From Actinomycetes bacterium (lineage in GTDB: Bacteria; Actinomycetota; CALGFH01): a DNA stretch of 43,346 nt. Both the position numbers and the translations under genes were made by a program. This document shows, piece after piece, positions 1 to 9,231 of the stretch (within the stretch, counting starts at the first letter, position 1; each line of letters begins with the position of its first letter). Where the stretch lies: positions 1 to 43,346 of the forward strand of contig DASQWY010000169.1 in assembly GCA_035640005.1 (NCBI GenBank), written 5' to 3'. The notes under the pieces were generated by a model. The model worked only from the letters and a program-made list of their open reading frames with translations. It was not told the DNA's origin and did no database searches.

Positions 1-2
1 CC

Positions 3-428
3 GGCGACTTCCTGGAGGGCCTGCTCGACGTCCTCGATCTGGACGGCGACCTGACTACGTGGATCGATGGCTACGGCGGGCACGTCGACCTGGAAGGGTC
101 GGACCTGGACGTGCTGGTGGGTTCGGACGGTGAGACGCTCCAGGCGCTGCAAGAGCTGACTCGGCTCGCGGTGCTGCGGCAGGCGAGGCACCGGGTCCGT
201 CTCGTCGTCGACGTGAACGGGTTCCGATCGCGTCGACGGGACGATCTGGTTGCGGCGGTGACGGCAGCGGTCGAGCGAGTGCTCGAGCGCCACGAGGAGG
301 AAGAGCTGCAGCCGATGCCGGCGGCCGACCGGAAGATCGTCCATGACGTCGTCGCGGCTGTGGAAGGCGTCCGGACCGAAAGCTTCGGGGAAGAACCGCA
401 TCGCCGCGTCATCATCCTGCCCGCTTGA
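3..428 (+). CDS. jag: Jag/KhpB-type RNA-binding protein, C-terminal part (5-prime end outside window)
   Basis: Frame is open from base 3 (GDFLEGLLDVLDLDGD...) and ends at TGA 426-428. R3H-like C-terminus PMPAADRKIVHDVVAAVEGVRTESFGEEPHRRVIILP. Lies directly upstream of rsmG-parA-parB as in other actinobacteria. Stop overlaps the rsmG ATG (TGATG). Confidence 0.8.
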   Translation, partial: GDFLEGLLDVLDLDGDLTTWIDGYGGHVDLEGSDLDVLVGSDGETLQALQELTRLAVLRQARHRVRLVVDVNGFRSRRRDDLVAAVTAAVERVLERHEEEELQPMPAADRKIVHDVVAAVEGVRTESFGEEPHRRVIILPA

Positions 429-1108
429 TGTTTCACGTGAAACATCGCGACGTGGCGATCCTGGACGAGCTCGAGCCGTACTACCGAGCCGCGGTGGAGC
501 GCGGCTTTCTCGGGCCCCGAGAAGGCGAGCGCCTACGGGAGCGTCACCTCAACGACGCCTTGGGGCTCGCGACCATCCGTGCCCCGAAGCCGGGTGAGCA
601 GTGGGCAGACCTCGGTTCCGGCGTCGGGCTGCCCGGGCTCCCTCTGGCCGCCGCCTTCCCGTCCACCTCGTTCACGCTCGTGGATGCCCAGCGACGGCGG
701 CTCGACTGGGCGGCCGACACCGCCCAGGCCCTCGGCCTCGGCAACGTCAGCTTCGTCCATGCACGCCTCGAGGACTATGGTCGCGGGCCGGCGCGAGGGC
801 GGTTCGATGTGGCGACCGCCCGCGCGCTCGGCCCGCTCCCGGTCGTCGCGGAACTCGGTCTTCCGCTCCTCCGGATCGGTGGGCTGCTGATTGTCCCGCG
901 CGGACAGCCCACCGCCGAGGAGTTGCAACGTGCCGGCCGCGCCTGCGCGTTGCTCGGTGGACGCCTCGAACCAGGTGTCCACAATCCCAGCTCGCCGATT
1001 GACCGGGTCTCCTTCGTCGTTATCATGACCAAGATCGCTGCGACCTCCCCCCGCTTCCCCCGGCGATCGGGTGTGCCGGCGCGAACTCCGCTCGGCCAGG
1101 GGCGTTAG
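428..1108 (+). CDS. rsmG: 16S rRNA (guanine527-N7)-methyltransferase RsmG (GidB)
   Basis: 226 aa from ATG 428 (TTG 425 is the ORF-track alternative). SAM-binding glycine loop ADLGSGVGLPGLPLA and overall GidB-like sequence. Conserved jag-rsmG-parAB order. Confidence 0.9.
   Translation: MFHVKHRDVAILDELEPYYRAAVERGFLGPREGERLRERHLNDALGLATIRAPKPGEQWADLGSGVGLPGLPLAAAFPSTSFTLVDAQRRRLDWAADTAQALGLGNVSFVHARLEDYGRGPARGRFDVATARALGPLPVVAELGLPLLRIGGLLIVPRGQPTAEELQRAGRACALLGGRLEPGVHNPSSPIDRVSFVVIMTKIAATSPRFPRRSGVPARTPLGQGR
429..444. promoter_or_regulatory. parS: parS centromere-like site 1 (perfect)
   Basis: tgtttcacgtgaaaca is a perfect 16-bp palindrome identical to the canonical parS consensus TGTTNCACGTGAAACA. 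It spans the rsmG start codon and is read as MFHVKH. Confidence 0.9.
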
Positions 1109-1295
1109 CGGCGTAGGGCCGCCCGCCACGCAACGGCCGATCGAGTGCCGCCAGGGTGGTGTTGCGGGTTGCAGAGGGTCAGAGCGACTGGATGGGTGTG
1201 GCGGCTTATGGCCGCACACCGGTCCTCCCCGTCGACCGTGCCCAGCCTGCCGGGCGGTACCACGAGGCATCGGTGACGAGGGAGGCGATCAAAGG

Positions 1296-4200
1296 ATGGG
1301 CGGGCTGTTCGCCAGGGTTCTGACCGTGCTGGGACTCCGGCGCCGCCGTCGGCGAGCAGGTGGAGAAGCACTCGACCGGCACGGTCCCGAGGCCGAGGTC
1401 GTGGTCCGTCAACAGGCCAGCAATCTCACCCTCGATCCGGACCGCCGGCCAGGCACGATCGCGACCGAAGACCAGGACGGTGAGACATCACCCGTGCGAA
1501 CGACCGAGGAGTCGACCCGCCATCCGGCGACCCATCCGATGCAGGGCGGGCCTCGACCAGATCCGATCTGGGGAGCCGATGCCCCGGCGGACATCGCCAG
1601 GTGGCAGGCGGCTGGGTCGCCGCCGGGCGAGCGCTCACAGCAGGAGTTCCGCGGTGTGCCGGGTTCCGACGACCTGTCGCCCGCGACTGAGGCCGGTCCA
1701 GGGGTTCCAGTCGCCGGCGACGCTCCACGGATCGGCTCTCCGGGGTCAGCCACCGGTGCGTCCGGGCCAGCTGGTCACGGTACGGGAGGGGCCGAGGACG
1801 GTCCCGCGGCCGGCCCGTCAGGCACCACCGCAACCGACCCTGGGCTCTCCGGCGCCGACACCGCGGGTGAGGAAGCGAGCGGAGTGCCTTCGGCGGCCGC
1901 TGTCTGGTTCGGCAGGCCTTCGCAGGGGAGCGGGTCCGGCACCGCTTGGCCCGGTTGGGACGAGTCGTCTTCACCGCCGCCCGTGCCAGCCGCCGGTCGA
2001 ACGACCGAGGAGTCAGGGCAACAGGGGCTCGCCGGCAGCGGCGGGAACACCGAGTCGTTCGAGACCTCCTGGCTTCGCCACCTCGGCGGGGGGCATTCCG
2101 GCGGTGACCGCGACCTCCCCTCCGGATCCGACGAAGGTCGGGGCGGGGCGGTGGATGCGCGAGCCCCGGTCGATGAGGGTGGACCGAGGGCTTCGGGCGC
2201 ACCCACAGGTCGGGCGGCGCCCAGCGGCACGCCGGTACCTGGGGACAGGGGCGGGTCCGGGGTTGAGGGGGCATCGCGGACCGGGGATGAACCCTGGGGG
2301 GCGCGGGTGCCTCGGGATGAGAGCGGATCCGGGCCCGCCGGGTCACCGGAAGGTGGTGGCGACCCCGGGAACGTGAGGAGGCCCAGGGATCGGGTCGGGC
2401 CCGGCCATGTGCGGATGCCTGAGGCTGGCGGTGGACCCGAAGATGGCCCCGGACCCGAAGATGGCCCCGGACCCGGGGCTGGGGGCGGACCCGGGGATGG
2501 CGGCGGACCCGGGGCTGGGGGCGGACCCGGGGCTGGGGGCGGACCCGGGGATGGCGGCGGACCCGGGGCTGGGGGCGGACCCGAGGCTGGTGGCCGCGGA
2601 GCTGCGCCGGTAACCGGGGGTGGGGTCGGATCCCAGGCGGCGCGGCCTTTGGCCGACGCTGGTGGGCCCAAGGCTGCGTGGGCACCCGAACGTGGGGGCG
2701 CATCCGGAGTTGCGTGGGCACCAACCGATGCAGGTGGGCACGGGGCTGAACGGGAACTGGACGGCGAGAGCGCGCCAGGTGGGGATGGATCCGAAGGTGC
2801 GGGGGGACCGAGGGGTCGGGATCGACCAGCTACCGGTGGCCCACAAGGTGGTCAGGGATCGATGGCCTGGTCTCGCGGGCGACCCGAGGCCGCGGGCTCC
2901 TCTGCTGCCGCCGCCGGAACGGGTACCGATCTCCCGGCTGCCACCGAGTTCCCTCCCGAGGCCGGTGTGGCCGGCGGCCCGCCGGCCGGCGGCCAGCGAT
3001 CCGCAGCTCGGACGGCGGAGTGGGAGCCTTCGGGAGGACGTGGTGAGGATCCCGCCGAGGAGGGCGGGAACCGGCAACGAGTTGACGAGACCGATGCCTG
3101 GAGCTGGTCGGGGCACCAGCCCGGAGAACGCGGTGAGAGAGCTTCCGGTGGCGACCCCGAGTCGGCAGGGTCGAGTTGGTGGACCGAGCCGTCCCTGCCG
3201 ATGAGTTTGCCCCCGGGCGACCGGCGGATGGCCGCGGTCGAGGAGCGTTCCAACCCGCAGGGCCCGGAACCCGACGCCGACGAATCGGCGCCCGAACCGG
3301 TAGTGCCCGACCCGACCTGGCCTCAGCTCTTCCGGACCGCCTCCTCGGCATCCCAATTGTCGGGCCAGGGCGCCACGGACGCCGATCGGCCAGCGACCCC
3401 ACCTGATCGACAGGCAACTGCCGGGTCGACCCAGGACGGTGTCAGTGGCGCCTTCACGCACCAGGCCGCCGACCCAGGGTCGTCCTCGCCGTGGACCTTC
3501 AGCGACCAGCACCCGACGACCGGGTCTCGGTCCGAGATACCTTGGGACGCAGCCTCCGGGGGTTCGCCCGCGGGGGAGCGCACGTCCGCCGACGACACCG
3601 TTCATGATAGCGGTGCGGCTCCCGCGCCGAGGGACCTGACCGGCCGACCCGATGCTCCTGACGGCCGCCAATGGGATCGGCGCCGCGGCGTCGGTGGGGG
3701 CGTCCCGGCCAAGCCGTCACGGTCGTACCCGGACGCCGACGGACCCGCGGCGGACTCGGGTGCGGCGCCGCCCGACCACCCGGCCGGACCCTCAGTAGAT
3801 GCCGCGCCCGCTTGGGCGCCGCCGGCGAGCGCGGCGGACCAGGGTGGGTCCAGGTCGAGCGCCTGGGGAGTGAGGGGAGCGGGGGAGGCGGCGACAGGCG
3901 CAGGGACTTCCGGGCAGGCCGAGTCCGATTTCGCTGAGCAGGCGCCGGCAGCTCCCGACCACCGGGAAGCCGGGGTGGCGCGCGGAACGGTGGCCGGGAC
4001 GGAGGTCAGCGGCGGCGAGTTGGACGAGGATGCGGAGGGCGTCGCCTGGGTCGGGGACGCGGGAGCCGGTGTGGAGACAGCTCGGTCGGGCCAGGCCAAC
4101 CGTCTGACCACGGCACCCACGACCCGAGAACCGGGTGCGGGTACTGAGGGGGGTGGTGTGGCCCCGTCTGGGGGCGGCGTGGATGGCGTGCTCTCGGGTC

Positions 4201-4349
4201 TCGGCCCACGTGGAGTATCAGGCCGAGAGCCCGAGACGGAGGACGCGACCTCGACGGGACGGGGTCGGCAGCCAACTGCGAGCGGGACAGGCCGGGCAGG
4301 CGACGACGATCTGGCCGAAAATGGCGCGGTCGGGCTTGAGGGCGCCAAG
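1296..4349 (+). CDS. Stop-free, in-frame low-complexity region (Gly/Pro/Ala/Asp/Glu/Ser/Thr/Trp-rich) continuous with parA; either a giant N-terminal extension of ParA or an untranslated leader
   Basis: Plus frame 3 has no stop from 1071 to 5522. First ATG after the rsmG stop is 1296, with GGGAGG 10 nt upstream; it gives MGGLFARVLTVLGLRRRRRR followed by acidic, disordered-looking sequence. Competing ORFs (plus frame 1; minus strand in three different frames) are Arg/Pro-rich junk. Third-position GC looks lower than in neighbouring genes, so translation is unproven. Confidence 0.4.
2433..2594 (+). repeat. Nine tandem copies of an 18-nt unit inside the parA-upstream ORF
   Basis: ggacccgaagatggcccc x2, then alternating ggacccggggctgggggc / ggacccggggatggcggc variants, ending ggacccgaggctggtggc. 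In frame this reads GPEDGP GPEDGP GPGAGG GPGDGG and so on. Units are contiguous with no spacers. Confidence 0.9.
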
Positions 4350-5522
4350 ATGGCACCCGGCCGTAGCGAGACGACCAAGTCAGGGCCTCCGTCCGCGGCC
4401 TCGACGGAGGAACAGTCGAGCCCTTCGGTTTCACGTGAAACGGAGGGAGGCGGTGGAGTGAGCGAACACACGGACAGCCCACCCGCGACCGAGGACGAGG
4501 CGGCTGTCGCGGTGCGGGAAGCCGCGCTGCGAGCCGCGACGCAAGCAGGCGTTGCTCCGGGCGCCGAGCAGAACCTTCCACAGTCAGATGGCGGATCGAC
4601 CGACGATGTTTCACGTGAAACCTTCCTCGATCCGCCGCCAGCGGATGATCTGCCCCGAGTCGATACCGAGACCGCAGCTCGCAACGCTCGGGTCAACTTC
4701 CGGATCGCGACGACAGCGGGAGCCGGTCCTCGCCGAGTTCTCGCCGTAGCAAACCAGAAGGGCGGGGTTGGGAAGTCCACCACAGCGGTCAACCTCGGCG
4801 CGTATCTTGCGCTGGCTGGAGCCCGAGTCCTCGTCATCGACCTCGACCCCCAGGGGAATGCGTCGACCGGGCTCGGGCTCGACCACCGAGCGATCGAGCC
4901 CTCCGTCTATGACGTGCTCAGCGGCAGTACACCAGCAACCGATGCGATCCGATCGACCTCGATCCGGCGGCTTCACGTCCTGCCGAGCACCATCGACCTC
5001 GCCGGGGCAGAGGTGGAGTTGGTCAGCGCGATGTCGCGAGAGAGCCGGCTGCGCCGGGCGCTGGACGCCATTCACCACCACTACGACACGGTGCTGGTCG
5101 ATTGCCCTCCCTCGCTTGGCCTCCTGACCGTCAATGCCTTGACGGCCGCCGACGAACTGCTCATCCCAATCCAGTGCGAGTACTACGCCCTGGAAGGGCT
5201 CGGTCAGCTCCTTCGCAACGTCGAGTTGGTCCGCTCCAACCTCAACCAAGAGCTCCGGATCGGCGGCATCGTGCTCACCATGTACGACGGCCGTACAAGG
5301 TTGGCCGAGCAGGTGGTTGAGGAGGTCCGCAGGCACTTCTCCGATCTCGTGTACCAGACCGTCGTGCCGCGCAGCGTCCGGCTCTCCGAGGCGCCTGGGT
5401 ATGGTCTGCCGATCGCCCTCTACGATCCGCTCTCGCGCGGTGGCATCGCCTACCGTGATCTTGCGTTCGAGCTCGCGGAGCGAAATGGATTACTCGCGCC
5501 AACTGCAGAAGGAGCCACCTGA
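4350..5522 (+). CDS. parA: Chromosome partitioning ATPase ParA (Soj); start codon uncertain
   Basis: The C-terminal ~260 aa are clearly ParA/Soj: deviant Walker A KGGVGKST (from 4758), [25 protein letters not shown] 5520-5522 overlaps the parB ATG. In-frame ATG 4350 is used here; GTG 4458 and GTG 4512 are alternatives. There is no ATG/GTG/TTG in frame between 4513 and the Walker A. The frame stays open upstream to 1071. Confidence 0.85.
   Translation: MAPGRSETTKSGPPSAASTEEQSSPSVSRETEGGGGVSEHTDSPPATEDEAAVAVREAALRAATQAGVAPGAEQNLPQSDGGSTDDVSRETFLDPPPADDLPRVDTETAARNARVNFRIATTAGAGPRRVLAVANQKGGVGKSTTAVNLGAYLALAGARVLVIDLDPQGNASTGLGLDHRAIEPSVYDVLSGSTPATDAIRSTSIRRLHVLPSTIDLAGAEVELVSAMSRESRLRRALDAIHHHYDTVLVDCPPSLGLLTVNALTAADELLIPIQCEYYALEGLGQLLRNVELVRSNLNQELRIGGIVLTMYDGRTRLAEQVVEEVRRHFSDLVYQTVVPRSVRLSEAPGYGLPIALYDPLSRGGIAYRDLAFELAERNGLLAPTAEGAT
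4427..4442. promoter_or_regulatory. parS: parS-like site 2
   Basis: ggtttcacgtgaaacg: the central 14 bp gtttcacgtgaaac is a perfect palindrome, 14/16 to consensus. Read in frame 3 as VSRET. Confidence 0.75.
4607..4622. promoter_or_regulatory. parS: parS-like site 3
   Basis: tgtttcacgtgaaacc, 15/16 to the parS consensus, 180 bp after site 2. Read in frame 3 as VSRET. Confidence 0.8.
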
Positions 5523-6661
5523 TGCGACGCCGTGGCGGTCTTGGCCGTGGACTTGAAGCACTCATCCCCCCGAGCGGCACGGCTGACGATGAACGGACGC
5601 CGGCAGGTAGCGAGGCCGCGACGGGGCCGTCGCCGGCAGCCGATGCCGACCGGCTCCAGCCAGGGGCTCCAACGTTCCGGGAGCTTCCCCTTGACGCGAT
5701 CGACCGCAACCCACGACAGCCGCGAGAGGCCTTTGACGAGGAGTCGCTGGCCGAGCTGGGCGCAAGCATCCAGGCAGTCGGCGTGCTCCAGCCGATCGTG
5801 GTCCGACCGCACGGTGACCGGTGGCAGCTCGTCATGGGGGAACGGCGTGTCCGGGCCGCCGGGGCTGCCGGACTCGATCGCATTCCCGCCATCGTCCGGA
5901 CGACCGAGGACGACTACCTGCTCCGGGACGCGCTGCTCGAGAACATCCACCGCGACGACCTGAACCCCCTCGAGGAGGCGGCCGCGTACGAGCAGTTGCT
6001 CACGGACTTCGACGTCACGCACGAGGAGCTGGCCACCCGCCTCGGTCGCAGCCGACCAACCATTACCAACACCATCCGGCTGCTGCGCCTCCCGGGGAGC
6101 GTGCAGCGCCGGATCGCCGCCGGCACGCTGGTCGCCGGTCACGCGAACGCGATCCTGTCACTCAAGAGCGCCGAGCAGCAGGAGCGCCTGGCCGACCGGA
6201 TCGTGGCCGAAGGCCTCACCGTCCGCATGACCGAGGAACTCGTGCGCCGCGCCCGACTCGGAGAGCCCGTCCTGGAGGCCGGCGAGCGGCGGGTCCGCCC
6301 ACGTCCCCTGATGCAGGCACCGGGCATGGCCGGCCTGGCCGAGCGGCTCTCCGACCGACTGGAGACGCGGGTGCGGGTCCAGCTCGGGAAGCGGAAGGGG
6401 AAGGTGCTGATCGAGTTCGCCACCCTCGACGATCTGCAGCGGATCTGTGACGCCATCGGTCTCGACCGGGATGACACCACAGCCTCGAGGGGTACCGGCA
6501 TCGGTCCACGGCCAGGCGCCCCCGGGCCGGCGGACCAGCAGCCTCCCTCCGTTTCAAGCCCGAGCGGCGCAGGAGCGGACGCTGCCGATAATGATGATCG
6601 CGCGCCGAGGGTGGACGGCGAGCCCAGCGACCAGCAGAGCCGGGCGACGGCTCGCGTCTGA
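5522..6661 (+). CDS. parB: Chromosome partitioning protein ParB (parS-binding)
   Basis: 379 aa. N-terminal [10 protein letters not shown], ParB-box [45 protein letters not shown], and a low-complexity C-terminal tail. Confidence 0.93.
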   Translation: MRRRGGLGRGLEALIPPSGTADDERTPAGSEAATGPSPAADADRLQPGAPTFRELPLDAIDRNPRQPREAFDEESLAELGASIQAVGVLQPIVVRPHGDRWQLVMGERRVRAAGAAGLDRIPAIVRTTEDDYLLRDALLENIHRDDLNPLEEAAAYEQLLTDFDVTHEELATRLGRSRPTITNTIRLLRLPGSVQRRIAAGTLVAGHANAILSLKSAEQQERLADRIVAEGLTVRMTEELVRRARLGEPVLEAGERRVRPRPLMQAPGMAGLAERLSDRLETRVRVQLGKRKGKVLIEFATLDDLQRICDAIGLDRDDTTASRGTGIGPRPGAPGPADQQPPSVSSPSGAGADAADNDDRAPRVDGEPSDQQSRATARV

Positions 6662-7067
6662 GTCTCGCGCGACGCGGAACCGTCGTCGGGTGGTCTCGGT
6701 CGCCGGGCCGCGCACGCCGCCGACCCGGGCGCCTTGATCGACCCTCACTGCTCGCCGGCGACGTTCCGACCATCGGCAACGTGGGGTTCGCCTGCCGAGG
6801 TGGCATTGGGTCGGCTCCGGTCGAGCACGGGGGATGGCGAGACGGCTCGCGGGCAGGTTGAAGGCGAAGGCCAGCCGACGCCTCTGAGGCGACCTCGCTG
6901 TTGGTGGTTATCGCATTCGTAGAAGCATCAGTATCTGGAGAAGCACCTATTGGAGGGCACGGCCGGGAATTTGTCGCCTGGAACGGGCATCTCGGATGTA
7001 AAGGGTTATTAGGACTATACTGCTGATGATGTCAATCGATACCCCAATGGTTGATACAGGTCTGCTA

Positions 7068-7972
7068 ATGCCCTGTCAGGTGGAGCGCTCACTATTTGTT
7101 GACGGAGCGGCAGTAGCCGGCGAGTCGGTCGAGGATCCTCCTCCGGCGCTCTTGTGCCAGGTGAAGGGTCGGAGGTTGTCGTTCCAGGTCTCGACCCAGT
7201 CGCGGATGTCCTGGGCAAGCGCTTGGACGCTGCGGTGCGTGGAGCGGTGGAGCTTCTTGGTGGTCAGGGCTGAGAACCATCGCTCGACGAGGTTCATCCA
7301 CGACCCGTAGGTGGGGTGAAGTGGAAGTGGAACCGGGAGTGGCGCAGTAGCCACTCGCGCACGGCCGGGGTCTTGTGGGCGGAGACGCTGTCGAGGATGA
7401 CGGGTACGTCGAAGTCGTCGGTGACCTCGCGATCGACCTTGTTCAAGAACGCGATGAAGTCCGCAGCGGCGTGGGACTTGCGCAGGTCGGTAATGACCAT
7501 GCCGGTGGCGACCTCCAGGGCGGCAACCAGGTCCAGGGTGCCGTTGCGGACGTAGTCGTGGGTGGCCTTCTGCGGGGTGGTGGACAGCATCGGCAGGATC
7601 GGTGCGGACCGGTTGAGCGCTTGGATCTGCGGTTTCTCGTCGACGGCGTGGACCGCGGCCGCGACCGGTGGGACAGGTACAGGCCGACTAGGTCGCGGAT
7701 CTTCTCGATCAGGTTCGGATCGGGCGAGATCGACCAGCCCTCCAGCCGCTCCCCGGCGAACCGGTGGCGCCACCCGCCGACCGTGACCCTGTCACAGCCG
7801 AGCTCGTCGGCGATCTCGGTGTTCGGCCTGCCGTCCGCGCAGGCCAGCACGATCCGCGGCCGCAACGCCAACGCCTGCGACGACGAACGCCGTCGCGACC
7901 AGCGCACCAGCGTCTCTCGCTCCCTATCGGTCAGCTCGAATCGCGACCGTCGGATCAACCTGACAGGACACC
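7068..7972 (-). mobile_element. Defective IS630-family insertion sequence (~0.9 kb)
   Basis: Terminal inverted repeats tgccctgtcaggtgga (7069-7084) and tcaacctgacaggaca (7955-7970; reverse complement tgtcctgtcaggttga), 14/16 match. TA dinucleotides abut both ends (7066-7067 and 7973-7974), as expected for IS630/Tc1 TA target duplication. The interior encodes only a broken transposase. Confidence 0.8.
7092..7958 (-). pseudogene. IS630-family DDE transposase, frameshifted and internally deleted
   Basis: Pieces lie in different minus frames, implying at least three frameshifts:
- RSRFELTDRERETLVRWSRRRSSSQALALRPRIVLACADGRPNTEIADELG...GERLEG, joined directly to DPNLIEKIRDLVGLYL
- VDEKPQIQALNRS...HDYVRNGT...VILDSVSAHKT...HFHFTP
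- SWMNLVERWFSALTTKKL...WNDNLRPFTWHKSA
- EEILDRLAGYCRSVNK, then stop
The segment normally found between the HTH and the DPxxIEK motif seems absent. Confidence 0.8.
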
Positions 7973-9087
7973 TAGGAGTCGGCCAGCCACGCCAGCAAGC
8001 GGCCCTGCGACCAGCAGCGGCCAATGGCCTCGGCGTGCAGCGCCGACCGGTCCAACACCGCCAGGCCGATGATGCTGTGGCCGGAGGCGCGGCGATCGCC
8101 AAGTGTCGGTATCGCCGGTGCGACCCCGACCCCCTCCGCTGACACCCACGCCACCGCCCGCCCGGCCGCCGCGTCCTCGAGGCGGTGCAGGAAGCGCAGG
8201 CGGCGCTCGAGCGGGAAGCGCGAAAGCGCCCAGGTCGTGGTGACGACCGGCAGGGCGTCCGCGGGCACACGCGCGAACGCCTCGGGCAGCACCTCGACGG
8301 CGTCACCTTGCAGCAGCAGCGGAGGGGCCGTCGCCGCCAACGCCATCTCCGCTGCCAGCATCGCGACCCGCTCCGGCTGATCCGGCCACAGGCAGGCGCG
8401 CAACCATCGGGCGTCATCCACGTCGGTCACGTCGACCGGATCAAGGTCGACGCCGACCCGGGCGACGACCTCGGGCATCGCCCGGCTCGGGATGGGCCGG
8501 TCTCCCACGATCGAACACGACAGTTGCACCGGAGATGACGGGTCGCCCAGCGATTGTCCGTTGCTGTAGGTGATGCCAACGCGATCGACGTTGAGGTTGA
8601 GCCCAGCCGAACAATCCACGTCGACCAGACCAACCGCGTTCGCGCCGACCCGGCGCGCCGCCTCGGCAACGGCCGGATACAGCACGGCGCAGCGTCCGGT
8701 CTGGTTGGTCCGCGTCCGCCGGCGCACGGCGATGGCCACCACCGAGTCGGTCATTCGCAGCAGCGTGTCGATCGCCGCGCCAGCGGCAGCGTCGCCGTCC
8801 GCAGCGGCATAGGCCGCGGCAAGCGCCGGGGCGCGTCCGGCCAGGGCGAGGTCGTGCAGCGCGGCGAGGATCACCGTGGGGTGCCGCTTGCGCGCCGGCG
8901 CCGCCTCGATGGCGCGCAGCGCCTCCTCGGACTCACTCAGGGCGACGGCGACGCGCTGGTACAGCGGCGATGCTTCGGCGGCGTCGACCTCACCGAAGCG
9001 TCGGTACACCCCAGCGAGTGTGCGGGCCCTCCCCACGGGTACGGCGCTTCCTGCGGTCGGTCCTGGCATCCCGACGATTCTAGCCAT
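7972..9087 (-). CDS. DUF2332-family protein
   Basis: Motifs I recall for DUF2332: YRRFGEVDAAEASPLYQRV, RTNQTGRCAVLYPA, LVDVDCSAGLNLN, VGVDLDPVDVTDVDDARWLRACLWPDQPERV. Start ATG 9087 (ATG 9069 alternative); the ORF-track TTG 9189 lies inside the IS fragment. The TAG stop (7972-7974) coincides with the TA at the IS630 junction. Confidence 0.7.
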   Translation of the reverse strand: MARIVGMPGPTAGSAVPVGRARTLAGVYRRFGEVDAAEASPLYQRVAVALSESEEALRAIEAAPARKRHPTVILAALHDLALAGRAPALAAAYAAADGDAAAGAAIDTLLRMTDSVVAIAVRRRTRTNQTGRCAVLYPAVAEAARRVGANAVGLVDVDCSAGLNLNVDRVGITYSNGQSLGDPSSPVQLSCSIVGDRPIPSRAMPEVVARVGVDLDPVDVTDVDDARWLRACLWPDQPERVAMLAAEMALAATAPPLLLQGDAVEVLPEAFARVPADALPVVTTTWALSRFPLERRLRFLHRLEDAAAGRAVAWVSAEGVGVAPAIPTLGDRRASGHSIIGLAVLDRSALHAEAIGRCWSQGRLLAWLADS

Positions 9088-9202
9088 TGCAACGACAACC
9101 CCGACCTTTCCTGGCACGAGCGTGCCGAGGAGATCCTCGACCGACTCGCCGGCTACCGCCCCTCCCTCAACAAATAGCGAGCGCTCCAACCTGGCAGGAC
9201 AC
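9088..9202 (+). mobile_element. Solo 3-prime end fragment of a second, diverged IS630-family element (opposite orientation)
   Basis: Encodes NDNPDLSWHERAEEILDRLAGYRPSLNK then stop, followed by gagcgctccaacctggcaggacac and TA (9203-9204). This parallels the transposase C-terminus and inverted repeat of the element at 7068-7972. The body of the element is missing. Confidence 0.7.
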
Positions 9203-9231
9203 TACGGGCGGGTGGCGGCAGCCTGCTCGCG

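Noticed and set aside
976-984. DnaA-box-like nonamers (tgtccacaa at 976-984; reverse-strand copies at 24290-24298 and 34702-34709) as a sign of an origin
   Set aside because: These are isolated single boxes, two of them inside coding sequence, with no cluster and no AT-rich unwinding element. By synteny, oriC should lie beyond the left edge of the window, near dnaA.
1071-1295. ORF-track start (GTG 1071) of the long parA ORF
   Set aside because: It overlaps the rsmG 3-prime end by 38 nt, and the first 75 codons are Arg/Cys/Gly-rich. ATG 1296, which has an SD-like element, is the earliest credible start if the extension is translated at all.
2433-2594. CRISPR array
   Set aside because: The 18-nt units are directly adjacent with no spacers, and they lie inside an open reading frame. 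This is a coding tandem repeat, not a CRISPR.
1426-4837. Three 411-442-aa minus-strand ORFs and a 338-aa plus frame-1 ORF inside the parA upstream region
   Set aside because: They lie in three different frames and none spans the region. All translate to extreme Arg/Pro-rich sequence (for example RVRPQPRVR repeats that mirror the 18-nt repeat). The single continuous plus frame-3 ORF explains the openness better.
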